Assembly (NCBI RefSeq): GCF_001194135.2
Contig: NC_068990.1
Location: forward strand, 84,249,070-84,313,069
Reading direction: 5' to 3'
Length of the DNA: 64,000 nucleotides
DNA from: Octopus bimaculoides
Lineage: Eukaryota
Shown here: positions 10,896-22,460 of the stretch, one piece after another
Layout: every line of letters starts with the position of its first letter
Numbering within the stretch: the stretch's first letter is position 1
Program-made: the position numbers and the translations under genes
The notes under the pieces: generated by a model
What the model was told of the DNA's origin: nothing
Database searches by the model: none
The model's input: the letters and a program-made list of their open reading frames with translations, nothing else

Positions 10896-11944
10896 ATGTA
10901 AATGCGTGCGTTTTTAATAATGTATATATGTGTACATGTTTGTGTGGGTAGGGATGTGTATGGGTTAAGTTATGTCCATCTAATTAATGTATGTGCGGAT
11001 GTTGATTCTCAATTCATCATTCTGGTGAATTTGTAAACAAACGAAACACGACTAGTCTTGTTAGATCTTTTAAATTTTTAAATTATCAAAGATTTTCACT
11101 CGATATTACTGAGTACTTTTTCTTCAATTGTTTTTCTCCCATTTTTAAAATGAGTATTTCTTATAACTGGGATCTCTTTATGTATTATGTATGTATATAT
11201 GTATTTTGCATGCACGTATATATGTATGTGTACACACACACATAAATAGATAGATAGATAGATACGCACACATACACAGAAGCACAGACAAACTTTTACA
11301 TGTTGCACACACACACACACACATACTCTACCACACGTACGGACACAAATCAGTTGTATAGATCCCTGTTTGGCATAGCTTGACATAAACAAAGCTTGTT
11401 CATTTCGTACTGTGCCATCAGCAGGTGTGAGTATGTCATTGTCATGTTGTGACTGGCATGTTGTGACTTACTCCAGTAGGTAGTGGCCTGTGTTGTCAGT
11501 TTGCATATCTTTCTCTTTCCGTGCTGCCTGCCGAAAATATTCCCCTTTTCTTTTTCATTCACATGTTTGCAGAAGCTCCTTAAACAAAGAAGAAACAAGA
11601 ATCCTTGAAATCTGTGACGGAATTTTGCAATACACACACGCACTGTGTACATATGTATGTTTGAGTTTACAAACAGGAGAAAGGAATACTCACTCCATGT
11701 AGTGTAGTATATGCTTATTTTACGAAATAGTGTGTACTTATATGCATATATATATATATATATANNNNNNNNNNNNNNNNNNNNNNNNNNNNNNNNNNNN
11801 NNNNNNNNNNNNNNNNNNNNNNNNNNNNNNNNNNNNNNNNNNNNNNNNNNNNNNNNNNNNNNNNNNNNNNNNNNNNNNNNNNNNNNNNNNNNNNNNNNNN
11901 NNNNNNNNNNNNNNNNNNNNNNNNNNNNNNNNNNNNNNNNNNNT

Positions 11945-12714
11945 AACAAACCTTGTAAATCGTCGGGGAAAAAAGCTGGATAATTATTAGATGTGAAGTT
12001 TTATTATTAATATTTATATATTTGAGATACGTTGAACAGCTAATGAATGTGTCTTATAAATAAAGACAGTCAGAAGAAAAGAAGGTTTAGAGGAAGAAAG
12101 AAAATTTATCTCCGAACGAGTTATGAAGATAGCCTGAGGAGAAGAGGGAGGCAAGAAAGAGAGAGAGAGAGGGAGCAAAAAGGAGGGAATAAAGAGGGAG
12201 GGTGAAAAAGAAAGAGAAAACAAAGGAGAGATTAAGAGGGACGGAGAAAAAGAAAGAGAGAACAAGGAGATATAAAGAGAGAAAGGAAGAAAGAAAGAGC
12301 AAATGAGGGAAAGATAAAGAGAATGAACGAAGGAAGGAGAAAGAGACACGATGTAATCGATAATACAATAAAAGCGAAGAAATCAAACCAGATTCCAAGG
12401 TACACGTTCAGTTAATTGACTGCAGTCCTCGCGTCTTTTGGACATCTAATATGATATTATTTTGACACACAAAGCCTTTAAGATATCTATTTATTTTTTT
12501 CTGTTCGTGTTCTTTGGTCATCTTAATCTTATATTTTAATAATCTGATGTTTTCAAGCAGTCTTCTTACTCCACCGTGAGAAGAAACATAAATTTATGCT
12601 ACCACTAACGACTCAATTGTGACTGCATGGGATATAATATATATTTATTTATATATTTCACATTCCTCTAAATATATAAAGTTCATCTATAGATCCTACA
12701 TTGTTTCCCCTTAG
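11945..12714 (+). promoter_or_regulatory. Candidate promoter / 5' UTR region of GRTP1-like gene
   Basis: CpG more frequent than in flanks, purine-rich UTR-like tract at 12070-12345, possible non-coding-exon donor AAG|GTACAC near 12399. Inference only. Confidence 0.35.
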
Positions 12715-12719
12715 TTGCA

Positions 12720-12745
12720 ATGGATTGGGGAAACGATGCGAACAG
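12720..12745 (+). CDS. GRTP1: Probable first coding exon of GRTP1-like gene (MDWGNDAN + AG, phase 2)
   Basis: ATG at 12720 in context gcaATGG and strong donor AG|GTAAGT at 12746. A pyrimidine-tract acceptor (tttccccttag) ends at 12714. Phase 2 joins the 39898 exon in frame and gives a 334-aa protein. Surrounding 11.9-13.1 kb is relatively CpG-rich. Implies a 27-kb first intron. Confidence 0.6.
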
Positions 12746-13344
12746 GTAAGTACCATTTAATGCTTGTCACTGTTTTACTTTCTCTTTTCTTAAGTCTTGT
12801 TTCGAAGCACATGTCGGACTAAAAGTGGGGGTCCAGTACGTATATAATTTTGGTGGGAGGTTTTCATTAGCAACGTCCAGCTGGCGTCCTTAGCGCAGCT
12901 TATTGCAAGCTTAAATTAAAATTCAGTGTGTAAGAACGATAAACAAACATATATGCTGGGGAGTCGTACAATAAAAGGAACTATCAGTTTATTTTTCTAT
13001 TATATCTTGCCTTGTCCTTGCTGGTAAATTATTATAAAAGTCAATTTGAACATGCATTAGATATCTTTCGATAGAGCACTGCGTTCTGAGACATGTCATT
13101 TCATGTTATATTTTCTGCTTTCTCCAAGACTTTATGTTTAAATAAAGTACTGACAGTATTATAAATAAATGGAATTCTAGAGCACCTAACTAGAACATTT
13201 TACTGTATCTAGTTCAAAGTATCACTTAGTTTTGACTTTTAAAAAATTCCAGTCTTCTATAACATAACAACAGAAAATCTATAGTTATTATTTTTCATAA
13301 AGTGAAAGTATATCACAGCATTCATCTTCTAACTGGAGACAATC

Positions 13345-14040
13345 TTGTTATTATTTTGAGTGGCAGAATTAGTAGATCAATTGGTAAATTACCCTGCCGT
13401 AATTTAGTTATGTCCCTTTATGTTCCGAGTTCAAATCCCTTCGTTTGTTATTCGATCTCTAAGTACTATAAAATGCCAATCAAGTATTGACTTCGATTGC
13501 TGCCCCTCCTCTTTCCGAATTTGTGGCATTGTGATTGACAGGATATTTAGAGCGTCGGAAAAAAAAATGTCTTGCAGTTTAACTTCTAGCTCTACATTTT
13601 GAGTTCAAATCCCATCCGAAGTCAAGTTTGCCTTTTATCCTTTTGGGATTGATAAGATAAAATACAAATCCTGTACTGGGAGAGGGGTCGATGCAATCGA
13701 CTAACTCTGCCACCCGTAAAATTATACTAAAATTTGAAGCAATTATTACCAAAGGCTACAAGCTGGCAGAATAATTAGTGTCTGATAAAAATGCTTCATG
13801 ATATTTCTTCTGGTTCTTTATGTTTCTGAGCTCAAATTTCACCTTCAGTCCTTTTGGGGTCGATAAAATGAAGTACCAGTTTATTAATCTCTCTCCCCTC
13901 AATCAGAAACCATTACTATTATTATTGTGGCTTACAAAACGACCAATCAAAATGCCTTGTAGTATTTGTTTTTGGTTACCCCTTTACATTTTGCATTCAA
14001 ATCTTGCTGAGGTTGACTTTGTCATTCATTTTCCCAATTA
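13345..14040 (+). mobile_element. Stack of degenerate SINE family A heads/copies
   Basis: At least four gagttcaaat/gagctcaaat B-box segments with A-box-like tggcagaat and cttttggggtcgataaa cores. Confidence 0.7.
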
Positions 14041-14965
14041 AGTAGGAGTTGGTTAAATGAAATGCACTTCTCAAAACTCGTTTTCAGGAATGTACTAAAT
14101 ACTTAAAGGTATTCAACCATCACTGCTAATCTGCCATCATTGCTAATCTACCATCCTATTAATGAAAATAAGTTATGATGGTTTCTTTTATTGCCATAAT
14201 ACTGAGAGATGTGGGGGGATATTATCACAATAAATAAAACAGTCTCAATAGGTGGAGAGCTCCTTTGGACCTGTTGGTCAACATCAAATAAATTCTGATT
14301 TACTCTGACTAACAAATACAAATACCTTATCTCAATATTTGACCCACAATACACGAGCACATATTAAGGACAGGATTATTCATTTAAGCCATTTTCATCA
14401 GTCTTGTCTACCTTCTAGCAAATTTACTGGAAGGCAACACTTCTTTGCTTTACCTTCATATTTCTTTTCAGGTGGTATTTTAAAAAAAGATCATGAGGAC
14501 TTGGCCAAGGAAGAAATATGCTGTCTTAAATCCTTTCAGTTTTTACCCATCACACTACCTTTACCCCTATAGCCACCAAGCAGAGTGACAGTACTTGTCC
14601 TTCTGAGCAAAGTTAGTGGTAGAGGCACTCTTAATAATGGATTCTTCTGAGAGCTGGATCTGACATAACTCCACAATTCAGCAGTGTTTAGGCACTGGAC
14701 GAATATGCAGAGAATGGGATTGTTACTCTGGATGCATCTCAGACATGCCTAGATTACAGGACTGCCATGCATTTAAACCTTATCTTAAATTGGCATTGCC
14801 TCTGAATAGAACCACCAGACTAGGAATTTTTGGATGTTATCCATAATCCTTGAGCTGGAAGTCCACCAATAGAAACTGCTTTGTTGATCATGAAGAATGT
14901 ATAGAGAATCTGCTTGAAAATTATCTCTGGTGCCCACTACTAACATTCTACAGAGTGCATATTAA

Positions 14966-15185
14966 CCCTTTAGCATTTAAATCAACCATATCTGGTGAAA
15001 ATATTCTACCTGTTTTATGATCAAACCAACCAGATCCAGCCTGTCACACCTAACCTACAATGTTGTTCTTAAAGTAGACTATCACATTGTCAAAATCTCA
15101 AAGGTATGAGATATAGCATATTTAATTCAAAATAATGTGAATAAATAAGCATTACATTCAACAAAGTTATCTGAATGCTAAAGGG
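14966..15185. mobile_element. piggyBac-like MITE
   Basis: Perfect 12-bp TIR CCCTTTAGCATT/AATGCTAAAGGG; left TTAA, right TTAC. Confidence 0.75.
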
Positions 15186-18146
15186 TTACTAATCCTTTGG
15201 CTGCTCTGCTTGACTGGTAGAGGATTGTGTGCACTTAACAAATTCCAGATGTTAGGCACCTAATTATGGTTAATACCTGATCTGAGACTGCAGCTTTGTC
15301 AAAGAGACTAACTGCAAAATGATGTCCCTGACAAAAGTAACACACCTGCTCACTGTTTGAGAATCTTTGCAGATGTCACTACCTAAATAATTAATACTTT
15401 ATTTAAGTCTTAAAAACTCTTTTTATAACCTAAAACTTGTGATTTTAGTATCATTTTTTTTTTCTAAGAACACAGGTTTTACAAATAAAATGCTGAAAAC
15501 TGAACCTGCCTTCACTCACACATACACACATCTCATCATTTAACATCTGTTTTCAATGCTGGCATGGGTTGGATGGTTTGACAGGATCCATCAAGCCACA
15601 AACTGCATTGAACTCCAATGTCAGCTTTGGTATAGATTCTATGACTGAATGTCCTTCTCAACACTTTAAATAATATTTGCAATAAAAGTTCAATCCTAGG
15701 TTAAGCCATTTCACTTCATCNNNNNNNNNNNNNNNNNNNNNNNNNNNNNNNNNNNNNNNNNNNNNNNNNNNNNNNNNNNNNNNNNNNNNNNNNNNNNNNN
15801 NNNNNNNNNNNNNNNNNNNNNNNNNNNNNNNNNNNNNNNNNNNNTATATATACACACACACATATATATATAAAGACAATAACTGGAATGACTGACCTGT
15901 AGAACTTCAATGATTTCTATTATTGGCTGACTGCCAAATTTTTATGAGGGAAGATATGTTGTAGATTTAATCAGACCATGTACTATTGGCCTCATATTTC
16001 TTACATTCACCTCCATAAAAAGAGGGCGTGAATGAAAAATAATTTGACTAGTCTACCTCTCATTGGTGATTTGATGCAAAATGTCAAGAAGCAAAATACT
16101 ATACATTGTAAGTTGATAGTTTAGTTTAGTGACCGACTGACACTCAATTATTGTATGTTTATTGCTGGTTAATCCTAGAGAAGCCATGATTAAGTATTAT
16201 GTATGATTAAAGGCATTGCAGCCACGAGTGTCCTGCCGTTTCCTTTTTGTGTTAAGACAGAGTGGATCTAAAAGCGTATTATTAATTAAATAAAATGTCA
16301 TTCTGTTTTTAAGATTATCAAGTGATTTTTGAGATGTGATGTATGTGGCTGCTAATTCTTGCCATTCAAGCAGCCACATACACGTTTTTACAAAATGTGA
16401 CAAAGCTTTTTACCACAATCATTCTTATCACTGTTGCTACTATGACCACCACTACCACCACTAAAACTTACTATCTCCACTGCCACAAGTAATGTTACCC
16501 CTATAACCATCACAACAAATAATATCATCACCACCACCACCACCATCAACGGTACTATAACCACCACAACCATTACACCACCAGTGCTGTTATCCCTGCC
16601 ACTTTCTCTACTGTAATACTGCAACCATTACCATCATCACCACAATGACTGTTACATAATTCACTGTTACGCAATATACAAGTGTGAGAAGTTGTCTTTG
16701 TACATGCACTCATACGCACATACATGCTCACACACACATGAATGGTTTCTCTTCTTACAGGAAGTTAAAGTAATTTGTAGATGAAGTCCTTTAGGGTCAC
16801 TGATAAATGTTAAATGTTGTTGGAAATGTGATTGTTTAGTGAGAAGTAAATGTAATTAAAAAAGTAAATTAGACATCACACATGCACATATACACACATA
16901 CATTCTTATGCTCTCCACATGCAAATATCAGCATTTAAGCCCCTAAATATTTATACACCAGTTATTCCTCCATACATCCATATGCATACACATGCAATAT
17001 ATTCATGCACAAAACACACATACACACACATCTCTCTATATACAGACAGGCAAAGACACATGCTCACAAGCTCATACATGTTTATATATACAGAAATATA
17101 TTCACAAACATATACTTAAGAAAGAAAATCTCTATAAGAGACGAAAGCAGTGTGTTTTGCACTCAATATATATTGCAAGTGGGGAGACAACTCCCTTCTA
17201 TCCCTGCTATCAAGACCATCAGACCACGCAGTTTCGACCTTATTATGGTCATTCTCAGTGGTGGGTACTTGTCTGCTGGACATAGCAGTAGTTCACCCCA
17301 GCTTGCATTATATGGAAAATAAGTGACACACAATCTCTGATTTTGCAATAAGCAAATTATCCCATTAAGAAAATCTCTATAAGAGATGAAAGCAGTATCT
17401 ATATTGAGAAGTACATATACTTAAAGTTTTCTATTCATTCTGATTATTACCATCTTCTCCATCAGTTGTAGATTCTTTGATCACTGTGCATCCTAATCCT
17501 TGATGTACAGCTTCAGTTACAAGTGAGATATGTAAAAGTTTTTATTGGAGAGGCCAGATCTAAATCTGCATGCATATATGCCTCTTTTTTACATTTCTGG
17601 GTGTACTGGGTACATTTTACATCCATATCTCCAATTTCCCTTCAATAGAGAAATCAGCAAAGAGAATGGCAGATAGAAATATTTTCTATTCTTAAAAGGT
17701 TTATCTTTCATTTCTGCAAAGTGTCTTTGAACTGATCTTTAAACAGCTTCTTTGGTCCTCCAGCTAGGTATTGACTATAGTGTAGCCAGCCATAGAAGAT
17801 CCTATGTAGAAGACTTTTATCAGATATGTGTACTATCTCAGAAGATTCATATAAAGTGTGGATTCAATGTTGCTGGTGTTCATTTGGTTGTTCCTCCTCC
17901 CCCTCATCACCATCCTTGTCATCATTTAAGATCTACTTTACCATACTTGTATGGGTTAGACAGAATTTATTGAATTTATTATTTCTGTGGCTGGATGCCC
18001 TTCCAGTTGCCAACCCTCATTTGTTTCTAAGCAGAGTAATATTTCCCCATGACCAGACATGTTTGTCACAGAAGACTAAAAATGAATAACATGGCTTGTA
18101 TGACAGTGATGCTTATATATAAGCATCACATGATGTCAAAACAAAG

Positions 18147-18200
<54 letters not shown>

Positions 18201-18419
18201 AATGATCTTCCAGTTTCAGTCAATCAAATCCACTCACAAGGGTTTGGTCAGCCCAAGACTATAGTAGAAGACACTTGCCTAAGATGCCGCACAATCGAAC
18301 CAAACCTGAAGCCACGTGGCTGGGAAGCACACAGCAATGCTTGCACCTACATTTGTGTGTGTATAATTCTATTTTGCTAGGTACCTGAAAGTGTATTTAG
18401 CTAACACTGGATGTTAACG

Positions 18420-19340
18420 GTCTTAATGATCTAAATGTGTTAATTGCAGGTGATCCATATCTTGTATCCATATTGGTTAAAGGAAACGCTGATGGTTTGG
18501 TAGATAAGGACCTAAGTATTAAGGGTGATATACTTGTCTAGAAAGGCTTTCTCTCTGATCCTTTGAAAGGATATAGAGACCTGTCTGAAACAGTTTAGAA
18601 TCTCATCACTCAATGTGTAGTTGTAGGAAATGTTGCTTCTTAGGTGTCTGAATTGGGAGAGTGTAGTGGCTGTTGCTATAGTACTGAGAAAGCGGGGATG
18701 AAAGAGGTAACTACAGCGCACCATTGATCAATAACATCAGTTTTCTGAATGGCCTGTTTTTTTTGTAAAGTGTAACAGCTGTCAACGATGATGGCTGATT
18801 GAGTTTCTGGAGTTGTGAGCCACCACAACACAGCCGTCGGTATACTGTAGTTCAATGTTTTGTTAAACCCACAGCTTTCTAATGTTGAAAAAAGTTTCTA
18901 TTGAGTTGGAAGTTAATAGTAAGTCCTGCCTCTCTTTGTAACACAGATTTCTTGTAACACAGATTTCTTTGTAACACAGATTTCTGACTTCCATCAATAA
19001 CATGAGCCATCAGCTCTGTGTGAAATTAGTGGACAAGGTTCTTAAAATTGAACAGCTAACAAAACTTTCTTAAGACATCCCATAGAAAATCCTGTTTGTG
19101 GTGTAAAAATGATGACAGATTTAAAAATGCGGTAAACAGGGCCTGATGTTGCTCTCTTATTTCTGATTGACTACCAAAAATAGCACAATCTTTCCTTAAT
19201 GGTGATTGCACCAGTAAATGTAAAAGTACTAATACACATACCTGAACTATATCTAATGTTAGTTTTATAATTACATGTTTTAGTGTAAACAAAATATCAA
19301 CTTTAAAGCAACATAGGCCAGAGAACAATAAATTGTCTTT
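18420..19340 (-). mobile_element. RTE/BovB-like reverse transcriptase relic
   Basis: Degenerate REQHQALFTAFLNL...LWDVLRKF and HLRSNIS...LSDEILNCFRQVSISF motifs. Confidence 0.75.
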
Positions 19341-19553
19341 TAAAATAATTATCAGCAGGTAAGTAGTATAAAGCCATTAAGCAACAACTGTTTAAGAAAG
19401 TGACTAGAATTCTTGTCACAGATATGGGTGTGTATATAGCGTGTGTATGGGTATTTTAAAATATGCTAATAAAATTTGAAATGCTACTTTAAAAAAAAAA
19501 TGTATCTTTATTACATTGCTGTCATCATTATTATGTCCCCCTTTTCCATGCTT

Positions 19554-19588
<35 letters not shown>

Positions 19589-20190
19589 TAATTGCAGAAT
19601 AAAACCGTTAGGTCATCGACTCGAAAAGCCGTAGCCCACCAATGACCACATATAAGAAGTACAACATAGACCACAAAAACCAAATTAGTAAAGGGAGGTC
19701 AAAATTTTTATACATAAGAATAAAAATCAATTAACAATACAATAGAATAATATAAATAAAATAAATAAACAGCCATTAAAAATTGATTAAAAATATTAGA
19801 GACTGGTACAAATACAGTAGAATAAATAGATATCTGGTGTAGCCATCCGGTTTCACTAGTCCTCAGTCAAATCGTCCAACCCATGCTAGCATGGAAAGCG
19901 GACGTTAAACGATGATGATGATGATGATGATATAGAAAAAATATAGAGAAAAAAATATAATACATAGGGAGACGTAGCACAACAGTTCATTCGCTGAGGC
20001 CAATAGCCAACAAAAGAAGTTCAAGATAAATAGTACGAAAGTTCAACTACCTGCCTCATGACAGCAAATTTAGTAGGTAAAATCCAATTTCATAAACAGG
20101 AATACCGAAGCGCACGGGACAAAACAACAACAGAACATCCAAAGTGAGGCAAAGTAAAATCCAAGTTTCACCATTCCGCAGGTAACATCT

Positions 20191-20928
20191 ACAATTAAGT
20201 GTTCCTACTCTGGAATGCCAAATTTAGCATCCATTATTGCCTCTTTAAATAGGAATAAAATAAATAAGTTAAAGATATGCGAATGTACGCTACAGGGAAA
20301 CCCTGTTTCAAATAAAACCAACTGTAAACCACACGACGATGGTGGAACGGGCCCTTCATTCCCTCGGATTATGCCTAAATCTGGGAATGAGATAAGTGGA
20401 ATGGTTGATAAGAATAAATTTCTGAGGGCGGTTAATAATGCTGGAAATGACTTTAAGGGTGGCCGTAAAAAATTATGTAATTGTAAGGACCCTTCTTTAT
20501 GTCCTCTCGGCGGACTTTGTTTGTCCACAAACGTAGTGTATAAATGTGTAGTCAGAGATGAGGACAAACAAAATAAGTTTTATATTGGAAGTTCAGTGAA
20601 TTTTAAAGCCAGGTATAGGGCGCACATGAGTTCCTTTTCTAATGAGAATTATTATAATTCCACAACACTCGCCTCTTAGCTACATGACCTCAAGAGGAGG
20701 AATAAGAAGTACTATCTTGAATGGTCAATCTTATCTAGAACCCCCCAATTTAGGGCTAATATTAGCAAGTGCTTATTATGCATTAGGGAATCCCTTTCCA
20801 TTCTTAGGTCTTTTGGGCCGAAAACCTTGAATAAGTTTATCGAGGTAATCCCTCTTTGCAATCATAAATTTTCCTCCACCTTCCTAAAACTATATAAAAA
20901 TAGGAATAAGAACAAAAATAAGTATTAG
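20191..20928 (+). pseudogene. Penelope-like ORF C-terminus: Cys-rich linker and GIY-YIG endonuclease, one in-frame TAG
   Basis: TIKCSYSGMPNL...CNCKDPSLCPLGGLCLSTNVVYKC...FYIGSSVNFKARYRAH...TLAS*LHDLK...WSIL...KCLLCIRE...LNK...CNH, all in a single frame. Confidence 0.9.
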
Positions 20929-21240
20929 TAGTAGTAATAATGGTAGTAATGGTGATAGTAATGGTAATGATAGTAAATAAATAGACAAAAATAATTGATA
21001 TTAAAATAATCATAAAAATATGAGTACAATGGTAGTATTTATTTTTTATCATGGTTTACGTTGGATTTGAAACCTAATAGTTTTAGTTACCAAACCTGCC
21101 TGACTATTCTAAAGGGTATACTAAAAATTAGATTTTTTTTTTTTTTTTGGTCTAGTCCATTTTATTATTTATTTAAGCTTGCTCTCATAATTATAATGTT
21201 TTTGATTGGTGACTTCGTTGAGGTCTGTGTGTCTTTTTTT

Positions 21241-21321
21241 ACCCTGAAGAAGGGGTTATCACCAATTTGTGCTCTATTGTGCATTTAAATACAGTGATAT
21301 ACCCCCGAAATGGCCATAGGT
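21241..21321 (+). ncRNA. Type I hammerhead ribozyme of the Penelope-like element, core intact
   Basis: ACC-CTGAAGA-A-GGGG TTATCAC...GTGATAT ACCCCC-GAAA-TGGCCA-TA-GGT: stem I ACC/GGT, ~11-bp stem II, palindromic stem III. Confidence 0.8.
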
Positions 21322-22077
21322 GTTCTGTGTTTGTGTTCCACCTATACTCGTAATCCACTGTAAATGATGTTTATGGTTTGACTTTACTGATGTTACCTGC
21401 GGAATGGTGAAACTTGGATTTTACTTTGCCTCACTTTGGATGTTCTGTTGTTGCTTTGTCCCGTGCGCTTCGGTATTCCTGTTTATGAAATTGGATTTTA
21501 CCTACTAAATTTGCTGTCATGAGGCAGGTAGTTGAACTTTCGTACTATTTATCTTGAACTTCTTTTGTTGGCTATTGGCCTCAGCGAATGAACTGTTGGA
21601 CTACGTCTCCCTATGTATTATTTTTTTTTCTCTATATTTTTTCTATATCATCATCATCATCATCATTTAACGTCCGCTTTCCATGCTAGCATGGGTTGGA
21701 CGATTTGACTGAGGACTGGTGAAACCGGATGGCTACACCAGATATCTATTTATTCTACTGTATTTGTACCAGTCTCTAATATTTTTAATCAATTTTTAAT
21801 CGCTGTTTATTTATTTTATTTATATTATTCTATTGTATTTTTAATCGATTTTTATTCTTATGTATAAGAATTTTGACCTCCCTTTACTAATTTAGTTTTT
21901 GTGGTCTATGTTGTACTTCTTATATATGGTCATTGGTGGGCTACGGCTTTTCGAGTCGATGACCTAACGGTTTTATTCTGCAATTAACTTTGTACCTATG
22001 GCTCAACTAGTTTGAGCACTTCTTTCATAGCCTTGTATAAATTCCTGGTTTTCTAATAAAAAACTGTTAATATTGAA

Positions 22078-22118
<41 letters not shown>

Positions 22119-22139
22119 CGAGAGAGAGAGAGAGTTCTG

Positions 22140-22460
22140 TTGTTTAGCTTGTCATGCCATGTGGGCATTGCCTGAAGATTGTGCCAAGGTACCAGATGGG
22201 GACTCCATGTGGTCTGGTGACTGAGGCCATCTCTGCAAAGGTGAGATGATAGGGGAGGCATGTTTGAGGCATACATATGATGTGTCCTAACCAACAGAGA
22301 TGGTGTCGTGCCACAGTAACTTCAATACTAGGTAGTCCAGCCCAGAGCAGAACCTCTTCATTGGTAGTGTAGTCCTTCCATCAAATTTTCATAATTATGT
22401 AAAGTTTGTGCTGTTGGAAACATTCAATTTTCTTCAAGTCTCATCGATGCAACACTTACA
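22140..22460 (-). mobile_element. RTE/BovB-like ORF2 C-terminal relic
   Basis: KKIECFQQH...WKDYTTNEEVLLWAGLPSIEVTVARHHLCWLGHIICMP translation. Confidence 0.8.

Larger units (their letters stand above)
19584..22081 (+). mobile_element. 5'-truncated Penelope-like element with inverted terminal arm, inserted in (TA)n
   Basis: Inverted repeat 19584-20189 / 21389-21991, GIY-YIG coding remnant, hammerhead at 21241, AATAAA at 22055, (TA)n on both sides. Confidence 0.9.

Noticed and set aside
14360-15360. LINE-like relic; similar weak cases at 27000-27520 and 50540-51000
   Set aside because: Higher GC and hints of decayed ORFs, but I could not recover diagnostic motifs by eye.
20677-20679. Recoded stop (selenocysteine) in the Penelope ORF
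   Set aside because: The in-frame stop is TAG, not TGA, at a position where Tyr is plausible; most simply a nonsense mutation.
18420-22460. One RTE element split by the Penelope insertion
   Set aside because: On the minus strand the C-terminal piece (22460-22140) would precede the RT piece (19340-18420), which is the wrong order; treated as separate relics.
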